From NCBI GenBank assembly GCA_963663765.2, contig CAXXUA010000013.1, positions 608,001-672,000 on the forward strand: 64,000 nt of DNA, read 5' to 3'. This document shows, piece after piece, positions 41,826 through 51,829 of this stretch; position 1 is the first letter of the stretch, and each line of letters opens with the position of its first letter. The translations under genes were made by a program, and so were the position numbers. The notes below the pieces were generated by a model. That model worked only from the letters and a program-made list of their open reading frames with translations. It was not told the origin of the DNA and ran no database searches. Source of the DNA: Candidatus Poribacteria bacterium. GTDB lineage: Bacteria > Poribacteria > WGA-4E > WGA-3G.

Positions 41826-44645
41826 ATGAAAAACAACGATGTTACTTTAATTCAACAGATACTCAATGGTGACCAAAACGCTTTTACTGATTTGGTAAAA
41901 AAGTATCAGAAGCAGGTACACGCATTTGCATGGCGGAAGTTAGGTGACTTCCATCTCGCTGAAGAGATCACACAGGATGCCTTTCTTAAGGTATATAACC
42001 AACTCTGGACACTTAGAGACCATGATCGTTTTGGTGGATGGTTATTTGCTATTGTAAAGAATTGTTGCTTATTGTCATTTCGAAAAATGCAGCTACCCAT
42101 TGAATCTCTTGATGCAATACCTGAAGCAGAGGCAGAAAGAGTTTTCTATACCCAATATCTTGAGAAACAACGCGAAGATATTGCTGATGAAAATCGACAT
42201 GAGGTCGTGAAACGTCTTCTGATGAAACTGCCTGAGAATGAACATACAGTTATAACCCTTCACTATCTTGGTGATATGCGTTGCGAAGAAATTAGCGAGT
42301 TCTTGAGTGTTCCATTGAATACCATTAAAAGTCGTCTCCATCGGGCAAGGAAACGATTAAAGGAGGAGGAATCCATGGTACGCGAAACATTAGGTGGGTT
42401 TGAATTACCAGAAAATCTTACGAAGAATATTATGGAATGGATACAGATGAATGAACCGGGTGTAGCGGCTTCAGTAGGCACATTGGCTAAAACATCGGAT
42501 GGGACAGTCTTTGCAGTGTTGGGTTATAAGAACATCTACAAATTACTTGCGGATGAAAATGAGTGGCAACCCGTTAACTCGGATTTTTTCCCTGAAAAGA
42601 CCAAGGGTAGTATCCCTATTGCTGAGCACAATGGAACGGTTTATATTATCCCATCTCATGAAATGTTTGCCTCAACTGATGAGGGTGAAACTTGGAATTC
42701 TGTCAGCACCTGTCCTGAAGGGCATGTGAGGGAATTGTTGATCACAGAAGATGCATTTTTTATCGCTCTTAATCATGGTATTTTCCGTTCCGATGACGCT
42801 GGAAAGTCATGGGTAGACATGAACGAGGGCTTTGACAAACGGGTGACAGAGAATTCAGGTATTAGAACATTACGAGTCAGCCAAGACACCTTATTTGCTG
42901 GAACATCTCTCGGTGTATACCGTCATAACTCTGAAACTTGGGAACACCTTCAGTTACCGGTTGACAATATTGTGGTTGTAAATTCTCTGGAGGTGACCGA
43001 AAACCAAATAAATGCCGCAGTATCGGTAAATATAATGGAGGGTGACGGACCTCCTGAAGTAAATTACTATAATTTGTGTGATATTAGCAAGGATTCGTGG
43101 TGGGTATTTCGATCATCAGATGGTGGAAATTCGTGGACCGATATAACGCCTTCGGAGGCACGGGATATAATAATGAAATCCTTACCTCCGATAGTTCTTC
43201 TTGCATCTGGGAAATCACTCTTATTGGTAGGTGGCGAGGACGGTGTTGTTGCTCGCTCAGTTGATTGTGGGAACACCTGGAAAACTATAGAACAGTCTGG
43301 TATTGCACCATTGCAGTTTAGTGTAAACTGTGCTGTAGCATTAGACGAAAACACCTCTTATACCGGTGGAATGTCTGGTATTCATCGTACAACGGATGGT
43401 GGTGAAACTTGGCTCCGATTCAATACAAGGTTTGCGTGCCGTGTGGAAAACCTAATTAGCTTGAATGTGGATCCAGATTCAGATACACCAAATGCACTCT
43501 ACGCGACAGTGGCTGGGAGTGTGGTCAAATCAACAAACGCAGGTAGTTCATGGTCTACTGTGGGGATTGACCTGCCAAGGGTTACTACTGAAATACCAAA
43601 ATTCAATGCAAAATTCAAAGATACAGAATATACACCGAGAATTGTACAGATTACCGAAGACAACGGTGTTCTGTATGCAAAAGGAATTCGGCGCAATAAT
43701 GAAACGGCTTACTATCGTTTCGTTCCTGAAAAAAACTACTTAGTTGCTGTTGAGGGAGAATACTGTTTAAGTCCAGTTGAGGGAACGGCACCACCTTCGC
43801 GAGATTCTGCAAGACTGATGTGGACTGTCTTTGGCGAAGCAACATTTCCCTTTGATAATGACCGTCTAATGGGACAAGGGGTACTGCTTTCCTTCTCCTC
43901 TACCTTCTCTACAGATCCTGACGATTCTGAGTCTTTATCCACTCAGATAATACGGGATGATCCAAAATATGGTGCAGAACGCTTTTTAAAACTAATAGGT
44001 CAAGTTCAAGGTGATCATCAACTGGCTTACGAATTGATGTTGGAAGGTTTATACGGCAACTTCGCGGTGAGTGGAGAAACGTACTACATGGAGTACAACT
44101 ACAAACTCTTCCGATGGAAACCCGGTGATACAAGATGGTCCGATACAGGTGTAGAGGAAACTTGCGAACTCACACGTGAAAATATGGCGCGAGGCTTTAA
44201 ACTTGCTACATCGGGTGAAACAGTATACGTCGGTAAGCGTGATGGGCAACTTTTTCAATCCCTTGATGGTGGTGATAGTTGGAACGACAGGACATCATAC
44301 CTGCCGCAGCCGGTTGAACACTACAATCAGATTGTCCTTACCGATTCAACGGTTCATGTCGCAACAGACAAAGGGGTTTTCAATTCCATAGATGGTGCTG
44401 TTTGGCAAGCAATCACCGATAAAGCAGGGGAAACCGTAATCATTAAGTCGTTAGCAACAGCAGAGGATGCTGTTTATGGAGCGAATAATGACGGCATCTA
44501 TCACATAGAAAAGGAAACAGTAGTTTGGGAACAAATTGTACCTGAAATTCCAGATACGATTACTTCTCTGGTTGTTGATGGAGATACCTTTTTCGTTGGC
44601 ACTGAACATCGCGGTGTACTCCGTTTTGAACGTTCTGAGTCATAA
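41826..44645 (+). CDS. ECF sigma-70 factor fused to a large BNR/Asp-box (YCF48-like) beta-propeller region
   Basis: Region 2 (AEEITQDAFLKVY...FGGWLFAI), region 4 (EEISEFLSVPLNTIKSRLHRARKRLK), repeated Asp-boxes SxDxGxxW; AGGAG RBS. Confidence 0.9.
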   Translation: MKNNDVTLIQQILNGDQNAFTDLVKKYQKQVHAFAWRKLGDFHLAEEITQDAFLKVYNQLWTLRDHDRFGGWLFAIVKNCCLLSFRKMQLPIESLDAIPEAEAERVFYTQYLEKQREDIADENRHEVVKRLLMKLPENEHTVITLHYLGDMRCEEISEFLSVPLNTIKSRLHRARKRLKEEESMVRETLGGFELPENLTKNIMEWIQMNEPGVAASVGTLAKTSDGTVFAVLGYKNIYKLLADENEWQPVNSDFFPEKTKGSIPIAEHNGTVYIIPSHEMFASTDEGETWNSVSTCPEGHVRELLITEDAFFIALNHGIFRSDDAGKSWVDMNEGFDKRVTENSGIRTLRVSQDTLFAGTSLGVYRHNSETWEHLQLPVDNIVVVNSLEVTENQINAAVSVNIMEGDGPPEVNYYNLCDISKDSWWVFRSSDGGNSWTDITPSEARDIIMKSLPPIVLLASGKSLLLVGGEDGVVARSVDCGNTWKTIEQSGIAPLQFSVNCAVALDENTSYTGGMSGIHRTTDGGETWLRFNTRFACRVENLISLNVDPDSDTPNALYATVAGSVVKSTNAGSSWSTVGIDLPRVTTEIPKFNAKFKDTEYTPRIVQITEDNGVLYAKGIRRNNETAYYRFVPEKNYLVAVEGEYCLSPVEGTAPPSRDSARLMWTVFGEATFPFDNDRLMGQGVLLSFSSTFSTDPDDSESLSTQIIRDDPKYGAERFLKLIGQVQGDHQLAYELMLEGLYGNFAVSGETYYMEYNYKLFRWKPGDTRWSDTGVEETCELTRENMARGFKLATSGETVYVGKRDGQLFQSLDGGDSWNDRTSYLPQPVEHYNQIVLTDSTVHVATDKGVFNSIDGAVWQAITDKAGETVIIKSLATAEDAVYGANNDGIYHIEKETVVWEQIVPEIPDTITSLVVDGDTFFVGTEHRGVLRFERSES

Positions 44646-44678
44646 GTTTCTAATACCAAATTAACGCGATTCATTCAA

Positions 44679-45030
44679 GTAGGTGTGGCTTCCTAACCGC
44701 ACCATAAGCGTCAATTTAAGGATTTTGACCTCTTGTGGGAGGGGTTTTCAACCCCGATTTTACGCGCTTTTCCTCTCAAATCGGGGTTGAAAACCCCTCC
44801 CACAAGAGAAACACCAACACTTTTTTCTTAAATTGACGCCTATGGTGTGGCTTCCTAACCGCACCATAAGCGTCAATTTAAGGATTTTGACCTCTTGTGG
44901 GAGGGGTTTTCAACCCCGATTTTACGCGCTTTTCCTCTCAAATCGGGGTTGAAAACCCCTCCCACAAGAGAAACACCAACACTTTTTTCTTAAATTGACG
45001 CCTATGGTGTGGCTTCCTAACCGCACCTAC
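44679..45030. mobile_element. Two tandem 142-bp CATAGG-family MITEs (44703-44844, 44865-45006) inside a GTAG...CTAC REP
   Basis: 20-bp GTGTGGCTTCCTAACCGCAC present three times (44683, 44845, 45007). Confidence 0.92.
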
Positions 45031-45053
45031 TTGGATGGAAAACGTTTAGTGAA

Positions 45054-45464
45054 TTAATGGGATTCACCCACATGTTCATGTTCACATGCGGGGCAAGTTT
45101 TACACAAATGTCGGTTTAAGAGATGTGCTGTCGCAAGTAGGATACCACCTGTGCCATGCAAGATCACCTCAAAAGTTCCTTCGGCTGTAATATGGGCAGT
45201 AGCAATAAACGCCAAAGCTACGACGAGTACAAGGAACGCTCTCCAACTACGGTGATGGCGAACACCCCAAACGATACTTCCAACGGCAAGCACAACTGCC
45301 ACGCCAATGATGACTAATTCCGAGGGTTCACTGACAAGGAAACCGAGTCCAACCAATGGTAATAAAGTTATCAATAGTGGCATCGCCATGCAATGAATAG
45401 CACATGCAAAAGATATACATGCACCAGTTTTATCAACGAATTCTTGATTTATGATCTTGTTCAT
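45054..45464 (-). CDS. MerC-domain membrane protein
   Basis: DKTGACISFACAIHCMAMPLL motif, four hydrophobic segments, His/Cys-rich tail. Confidence 0.85.
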   Translation of the reverse strand: MNKIINQEFVDKTGACISFACAIHCMAMPLLITLLPLVGLGFLVSEPSELVIIGVAVVLAVGSIVWGVRHHRSWRAFLVLVVALAFIATAHITAEGTFEVILHGTGGILLATAHLLNRHLCKTCPACEHEHVGESH

Positions 45465-45517
45465 AATTCTCCAATAATTTTATGGACAACTGCAAATATT
45501 CGTCCATACAGTATATA

Positions 45518-47785
45518 CTAATAATTCAGTTTGTACAGAAATTTTACATTCCTACCCGGTTCCGGCATCACTGATTTGATGCGAGAAAGATGTTCACGGT
45601 AGACTTTATCAAGTATGTTCTCTACCTCAAACACAAATAGATTTTCAAGCTGCCACCACATAAAATTGAGATAAATTCCAGCATCATAGACAATATATTC
45701 ATCTGTCGGTTCCTCGAATTCACCGAGTCTAGTTTGACTTGCTGAGTAGCGGGAAGTCAGGTGAACATGAAACGGAGATAAAGTATAGTTGAAAACAAGT
45801 TTGCCGTTTAGTGGTGGAATTCGTTCTAACGGTTGCCCAACGGCTTCAACCGTTCCGTTGACGTAACTCATATCTATTTGCACATTAAAGCGAGGTAGAA
45901 TTTCCGTTTCAATACTTATCTCCGCACCATTCATGACTACGTCGCTTCCTGTGTATTGATATATCCACAACCATCCAGCAGCACCGCTTCCCCACTCTTT
46001 CTCACCCGTGTTCGTTGGAATCAGGTAGCCATATATAAGATTCTGGAAAAGTGAAAGGTTGAGTTTGAAACTGTCATTTGAAAATTCAGCGAAAATCTCG
46101 CTACCAAGTCCGATTTCTGGTTCCAATTCCGCATTTCCGATTTCGTAAGAATAGACAGCGAGATGTGGTCCATCAGAAAAGAGTTCTTCTATGCCAGGGG
46201 CTCGAAAAGTCTTCATGATTGTAGCGCCAGTGCTAACATTGTCATGCCACTGGTAGATACCAGAGACTGCACCAGATATACCACCAAAGTCACGTCTTTG
46301 GACAGTTCCAGCTTGGATGACAGTACCAGATGTGAATGGTTCCACTCGCCTGATGTCGTAGCGGATTGCCTCCTGAAACGTTAGCCGATCAAACTCCTGC
46401 TGGTTCAGAAAGAAGCCAGCCAAAGCGAATTCACGGGTATGTGGTGTCCAGTAAAATCCACCCGTATCATGATCTCTATATTCTCCCCATATTCCCGTGA
46501 TAACATTGTCAAAAAGGTATGCCATCGCAGAGAAATTGTAGGTGAGAACTCCAAATTCTACACCGAGTGAACCGTTGGACTCCAACTCCTGATGTTCATA
46601 ACGAGTATACGCAGTTTGAAATTTGATTTTATCAATCCAATCTTGATTGAAACGAAACTCCATCTGCGCATCGTATCGTTGACGGTCAAGTACAATATCA
46701 ACACCTTTGATATGTCCTTCCGGTGATCCAGGAATACCGTAATTAGAACGGTAACGTCCCCCCGATGCACCGACAAAACCCCACGGCTTGACAAGCGATG
46801 TCCCCACAGAATAATTATGGTTGGAAAGCTCTGTGTTTTCAAGGACACCGATCGGAGTATGTGTATCTGACGCAATGCGGCGATTCCACTCAAGATTACC
46901 TGCAAAGATTCCAATTGGGATTGTAAATCCTGTAGTGGCAGTTAAACCCGTATTCATAGACTCACTTTGAAGTTTAAGTTTCATGACAGGACGATTTGGA
47001 AGGAAATTTGGTATGTTGTCCCTTTTGACGTTGATAACACCACCTAACGTGCTTGATCCATAGATAAGCGAGGCAGGACCGCGGGTAACTTCAACACCTA
47101 TAGCAGAAGATGGGTCAATTGCGACGGCGTGGTCAGCACTGGATGCGGATTTATCCCCAGTGCGTTCACCATTTTCAAGGATAAGCAGTCTATCTCCACC
47201 TAAACCTCTAATCACCGGCCGCGCAGCTGCTTGTCCCATTGTTCGTTGTGAGATTCCAACTTCTTTGGACAGTGTCTGTGCAAGTGTCATTCCCAACTGT
47301 TTATCCAAATTAGTTTCATCAAGATCAATATCAGTTGTATTGTTATATTGATCAAGAGACCTGCCTGGTCCAACCACAGTAATCGTTCCAAGTTGATAAT
47401 CTACGGTTTTCATATATATCTGAAGAAAACTTATGGATTTTTTCACCGCCACAACTTGTTCTACAGACTGAAAGTTAATTCGGGTGAAACGAATCATATA
47501 CCGTCCTTCTGGAACATCCTTGAAATTGAATTGTCCGTTTTTGTCAGTAACCGTCGACAAATCAGTGTCAATAATACTGACAATTACGCCATCAATACGG
47601 GAATGCGTCCGACGATCAATCACTTCACCATGTATCGGATAAGATGAGACTTGGTTACTATGAGCGTTTCTGATAAAGCAGGATATACAACATATTCCCA
47701 ACGCAAGTACATACAGGCAGGTACGCTTGATAAGCGCACCTGCAGTACTAATTATACGTTTGTATGTGTTACCATCAATGCGCAT
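45518..47785 (-). CDS. TonB-dependent receptor, ZnuD-like metal transporter
   Basis: N-terminal carboxypeptidase-regulatory-like domain; plug RPVIRGLGGDR...SADHAVAID; EELFSDGPH; C-terminal PGRN...Y. Confidence 0.9.
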   Translation of the reverse strand: MRIDGNTYKRIISTAGALIKRTCLYVLALGICCISCFIRNAHSNQVSSYPIHGEVIDRRTHSRIDGVIVSIIDTDLSTVTDKNGQFNFKDVPEGRYMIRFTRINFQSVEQVVAVKKSISFLQIYMKTVDYQLGTITVVGPGRSLDQYNNTTDIDLDETNLDKQLGMTLAQTLSKEVGISQRTMGQAAARPVIRGLGGDRLLILENGERTGDKSASSADHAVAIDPSSAIGVEVTRGPASLIYGSSTLGGVINVKRDNIPNFLPNRPVMKLKLQSESMNTGLTATTGFTIPIGIFAGNLEWNRRIASDTHTPIGVLENTELSNHNYSVGTSLVKPWGFVGASGGRYRSNYGIPGSPEGHIKGVDIVLDRQRYDAQMEFRFNQDWIDKIKFQTAYTRYEHQELESNGSLGVEFGVLTYNFSAMAYLFDNVITGIWGEYRDHDTGGFYWTPHTREFALAGFFLNQQEFDRLTFQEAIRYDIRRVEPFTSGTVIQAGTVQRRDFGGISGAVSGIYQWHDNVSTGATIMKTFRAPGIEELFSDGPHLAVYSYEIGNAELEPEIGLGSEIFAEFSNDSFKLNLSLFQNLIYGYLIPTNTGEKEWGSGAAGWLWIYQYTGSDVVMNGAEISIETEILPRFNVQIDMSYVNGTVEAVGQPLERIPPLNGKLVFNYTLSPFHVHLTSRYSASQTRLGEFEEPTDEYIVYDAGIYLNFMWWQLENLFVFEVENILDKVYREHLSRIKSVMPEPGRNVKFLYKLNY

Positions 47786-47796
47786 GGTAATATTCC

Positions 47797-48366
47797 TTAT
47801 TGGACAGTGACAGGTATTGGGAGTGCCGTGAAATCAGGATGTTCCCCATGCATTAGTTGAAGTTTTATTGTTGTTTCACCTGCCTTTAGTCCAACCACTT
47901 CAAAGCTAAGATGAGAATCTTCATCATGATCATCATCTTCATCTTCATCATGATCATCTTCTCCCTCCTCATCTGACAAGTGAATATCAATAATCTCTTC
48001 ATCGTCTGCAGAGATTGCTAAATTAAAAACTTCTTCATCATCGTGTTCCTCGTGATCGTCTTCCTTTCCAGAAAGTGCATCAAGATCCACTTCTTCCTCC
48101 TCATGATCAAGAAAAACAACCTCAACCTTAACTTCGTCGTTCACAGATAAGGTTATACCTCCAGTTTGTGATTCTTCAAACTGACGATAAATTTCCACAT
48201 CATCTACAAATAGAACGACACCATCTGCGTCAGCATGGATTGTTTCTTCTGAATCATGGTCATCTGCACCACATCCACCAAATAAGGGTAGGATGGCAAT
48301 AAAAACAGTTAGTATAAGTCGTGAAATCGTTACAGAAATGTTCTGTTCAAAATAATAGGTAAACAT
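47797..48366 (-). CDS. His/Asp/Glu-rich metal-binding lipoprotein
   Basis: Lipobox-like LFGG-C; DDHDEDEDDDHDEDSH tracts; start moved to 48366 because of a GGAG RBS. Confidence 0.8.
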   Translation of the reverse strand: MFTYYFEQNISVTISRLILTVFIAILPLFGGCGADDHDSEETIHADADGVVLFVDDVEIYRQFEESQTGGITLSVNDEVKVEVVFLDHEEEEVDLDALSGKEDDHEEHDDEEVFNLAISADDEEIIDIHLSDEEGEDDHDEDEDDDHDEDSHLSFEVVGLKAGETTIKLQLMHGEHPDFTALPIPVTVQ

Positions 48367-48562
48367 AGTATTCTCCAATTTAATATACAGCACATACACG
48401 TGCTAATAAGATATGAGTTGCAGAAGATAGATATAAAGGCGCGCAAAACTATGCAAAACACCATACCCATTGTCATGTTCGCAATGGTAATTTTATACGT
48501 ATCTATCCTCTACATAGAAAGATACAAAATTAAATGTTATTTTAACTATGGAAATTATAGAA

Positions 48563-48952
48563 TTAGATTGAATTGGAAAAAACAGGAGGAGCGCGACTCT
48601 GGATGGAGGCTGTAGGACTGAAAGTCCAAATAAATTCTTCGCTTAGTGGGAGTGTCTCACGGTAAAACGTAGGGGATTTGATTACATTCGATTGGATTCC
48701 AATTTGGATGTGTGTGTTGAGAAATACACACGCAGCACAACTTTCTTCTGTATGTGATTGTTCTGAGTGTTCATTTTCATGCTCATGCTCATCTTCATTT
48801 TCATGACATGCATCATTTTCATGCCCATTACATGCATCATGATCATGTATATGAATATGATCATGCAACAGTGGTGCAAAACTAAGCAGCACTATGTAAC
48901 AGAATATCCCACTCAAAATTAGTAATTTTGTATTGGAATTATACAATTTCAT
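48563..48952 (-). CDS. DUF2946/CruR-like leader protein with His-rich linker, CxxC and RAPP motif
   Basis: N-terminal hydrophobic segment, HDHIHIHDHD tract, CAAC, C-terminal QSRAPP; first gene of a TonB-receptor operon. Confidence 0.8.
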   Translation of the reverse strand: MKLYNSNTKLLILSGIFCYIVLLSFAPLLHDHIHIHDHDACNGHENDACHENEDEHEHENEHSEQSHTEESCAACVFLNTHIQIGIQSNVIKSPTFYRETLPLSEEFIWTFSPTASIQSRAPPVFSNSI

Positions 48953-48985
48953 GAATTCAAATCAACATGTTTTCTGTGTGTTATA

Positions 48986-49020
48986 TGTAATAGTATACTA
49001 TACAAATCTTAGGAATGCAA
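48986..49020 (-). promoter_or_regulatory. sigma70 promoter of the metal operon with an overlapping palindrome
   Basis: TTGCAT-17 bp-TATACT; perfect palindrome ATAGTATACTAT (48990-49001) covers the -10. Confidence 0.6.
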
Positions 49021-49045
49021 TTATTTCTAATGAGATGAGTAGGAT

Positions 49046-50497
49046 TTATGGAAAAATTCCGAGTTGCATATAAGACTGTGCGATTTTATGAATAGCAGTG
49101 ATAAACGCAGCAGTGCGATTGTTCACTTCGTTATTTCCGTATTTCAGTCGCGTTTCTCGTATTTCTTGATAAGCGTTTATCATCGTGTCTTGAAGTCCCG
49201 AATTGACCAAATCTGTTTCATCTGCTCCGTGTACCGTTCGTCTTTCTTTTTCGGAAAATTGATAACCCGTTGCACTTTCTACGGCACGGAACATTGCATT
49301 ATATGTGCTTTCTTCAAATCGTCTTGCTAACCTGCCGAATCCGACATGGGATAGGTTCCTCAGCCATTCAAAATAGGAAACAGTAACACCGCCCGCGTTT
49401 AGATAGGTATCTGGTATAATCAAAGCACCTCTTTTACGTAGTATTGCATCTGCTTTTGCTGTAGTGGGTCCATTTGCTGCCTCCCCGATAATACGTGCCT
49501 TGATGCGCGGTGCGTTTGCTGCAGTTAATTGGTTTTCAAGTGCCGCGGGGACCAAAATATCGCATTCCAATTCTAAAGAATCGTATGGATTTTCAAAATA
49601 GGTGGCATCAGGATAATGCCGTATTGATCCCGTTTCTTCTCGATACGCGACTACCTTTTCAACATCTAAGCCCTTCTGATTATAAACTGCTCCATCAATC
49701 TCCGCAATGGCGATAATGTTAGCGTCCGTTTCGGTTAAATACTTCGCAGCATGGTACCCAACATTTCCAAAACCTTGTATGACAATAGACTTCCCTCTCA
49801 AACCGGGTTCAAGCCCGACCTGTTTCATATCATCTTTATGGCTACATACCTCTTCTAATCCGAAGGCAACTCCGCGTCCTGTGGCTTCTCTTCGTCCCTG
49901 AATTCCGTTCTGTTCAATCGGTTTACCTGTCACACAAGCAATAGCATCAAGTTTGTCTGGTGACATTGTGAGATAGGTATCCAATACCCATGCCATCTCG
50001 TTTTCGCTTGTTCCAAAGTCAGGTGCAGGTACATCTATACCTGGACCGATGTAATTTTTCTGGATCAGTTCATAAGTATAACGACGTGTGATTCGTTCCA
50101 ATTCACTTTCTGAATACTCTTTCCTGTCCAGTTGTATCCCACCTTTCGCTCCACCAAATGGAATGTCTACAATTGCACACTTATATGTCATCAAAGCTGC
50201 GAGTGCCATGATTTCATCTTCATTCACCAAAGTGCTGTAACGGAGTCCTCCCTTCGTTGGTAGATTATGGTGGCTATGTTCAGCACGCCATCCATGGATC
50301 GTCTGAATAGACCCATCGTCCCGTTTTATTGGAAAGGTAAAATGACAAGAACTGTTACAAACCTTGATTTGTTCCAGTAAGCCTTGTGGATAATCTGTAA
50401 ATCGTGCAGCTTTATCAAAGTTCGCGTTGACTTTCTCAAAGAAAGACTGTTTTTCTAACATTTGCGTCATACCTTGATAGAATCTGTTGCTATGCAT
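49046..50497 (-). CDS. gdhA: Glu/Leu/Phe/Val dehydrogenase, probably glutamate dehydrogenase
   Basis: KGGLRY, MTYKCA, PFGGAKGG, DVPAPD, ATGRG, QGFGNVG, NAGGVTVSYFEW motifs. Confidence 0.92.
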   Translation of the reverse strand: MHSNRFYQGMTQMLEKQSFFEKVNANFDKAARFTDYPQGLLEQIKVCNSSCHFTFPIKRDDGSIQTIHGWRAEHSHHNLPTKGGLRYSTLVNEDEIMALAALMTYKCAIVDIPFGGAKGGIQLDRKEYSESELERITRRYTYELIQKNYIGPGIDVPAPDFGTSENEMAWVLDTYLTMSPDKLDAIACVTGKPIEQNGIQGRREATGRGVAFGLEEVCSHKDDMKQVGLEPGLRGKSIVIQGFGNVGYHAAKYLTETDANIIAIAEIDGAVYNQKGLDVEKVVAYREETGSIRHYPDATYFENPYDSLELECDILVPAALENQLTAANAPRIKARIIGEAANGPTTAKADAILRKRGALIIPDTYLNAGGVTVSYFEWLRNLSHVGFGRLARRFEESTYNAMFRAVESATGYQFSEKERRTVHGADETDLVNSGLQDTMINAYQEIRETRLKYGNNEVNNRTAAFITAIHKIAQSYMQLGIFP

Positions 50498-50560
50498 TTG
50501 TGAAATATCCTTTATGAAGAACTCAAACGGGTTGATTCCAAGAAAAGTTTACCCTATAAC

Positions 50561-51433
50561 TTACCTTTGTCGTATATATTTTTGTAATCTCGCGTCTGCT
50601 TGAACTTCCCCAACATAAATGTCCCCGTGAGAATCTAACCAGATACCGTGCGGACAAGCGAAAAATTCACCAGAGACAGTACTTCCTCTGTCACTACCCC
50701 ATTGTGAAACAACATCCCCATCCAATGTCATAATAGTAACCCGCTGTTGCAGTTCTGCGATATATACAAGTTCGTCATCATCAATAAATATAGTATCAGG
50801 TTGTAGCAGGTTGTCCCACTCCTCAATATAGTCACCATCTAATGTGAAAAACTGAATGCGATTATTTTCACGGTCAGCAACCATGAGTCTATTACGCGGG
50901 TCAACTCGGACACAGTGCGGGAGATCAAACTCTGCTGGACCTGTACCCGGCTGTCCCCATGACTTTATCAGTTCACCATCTGGTGAAAATTTATGAATAC
51001 GTGCATTACCGTAACCATCGCTGATGAACATCTCACCTTCAGGTCCAAGTGCTAAATCTGTTGGTAGATTAAAAGGTTCTCCTTCTGCTCCCGGTTTATC
51101 CATTGTGCCAAGAGTCATCAGCAGGTCGCCATCTGTAGTGAACTTATGTATGACGTGTGTTTCACGTTCAGTGCAGTAGATGTTATCTTCCGTGTCAATA
51201 AAAATGCCGTGAGCGTCTTTCAGGATGTTCTCTCCCCAAGAGGATAAAAAATTACCATCACGGTCGAAGACAACCATCGGATGTTCACTCCGACTATAGA
51301 CATAGACACGATCCTGTGAATCTACTGCAACTGCTGGAATCCATCCGAATTCATAACCATCAGGCAGTTTCCACCAATTTTCTTGCACCTTATATTTATG
51401 TGTTCCTTGTCCAAATATCATTAGGGTCTCCAT
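50561..51433 (-). CDS. NHL-repeat protein (peptidyl-alpha-hydroxyglycine amidating lyase-like)
   Basis: FNLPTDLA, SDGYGNARI, FDLPH, VADRENNRIQ, PHGIW motifs. Confidence 0.88.
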   Translation of the reverse strand: METLMIFGQGTHKYKVQENWWKLPDGYEFGWIPAVAVDSQDRVYVYSRSEHPMVVFDRDGNFLSSWGENILKDAHGIFIDTEDNIYCTERETHVIHKFTTDGDLLMTLGTMDKPGAEGEPFNLPTDLALGPEGEMFISDGYGNARIHKFSPDGELIKSWGQPGTGPAEFDLPHCVRVDPRNRLMVADRENNRIQFFTLDGDYIEEWDNLLQPDTIFIDDDELVYIAELQQRVTIMTLDGDVVSQWGSDRGSTVSGEFFACPHGIWLDSHGDIYVGEVQADARLQKYIRQR

Positions 51434-51509
51434 TTTTCAACTATATTGTGAGTTATTCTAACAAATAGATTACCATATATCAAGTAGAATCTGTTTGATT
51501 GGTAAAATC

Positions 51510-51775
51510 CAGGGTTATTTAGTTTTGGGTGTTTGAATGCAATTACACACCATGTTTAAGGAGCAGTAGTGGATAATTACAAAAAAGTTTACCCTCTACA
51601 ACATATCCCAATTGCAGGAGGAACTGAAAAAATGTTATAATTTTTATTAGGTAGGACTAACGAAGTTTTGATATTTTAATCAAGAATTATGTCGATAATG
51701 ATGTAATTTTCGGCATTTTTTAGATTTCCAGTGCGTTTACAAGGCACGCCTACCGTTCGGTGCGTAAGTCTTGTT
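51510..51775. mobile_element. Degenerate MITE/REP remnants
   Basis: CAGGGTTATTTAGTTTT end at 51510; TAGGACTAACG...TGCGTAAGTCTTG imperfect inverted pair; REP copy near 51732-51755. Confidence 0.5.
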
Positions 51776-51829
51776 AGGAATTCTTATACTGAATAGGCAT
51801 ATTTTCTATAGGATAATGGTATATTCTAA

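Noticed and set aside
45054-45464. Mercury resistance operon
   Set aside because: No merA, merR, merT or merP; the context indicates metal uptake
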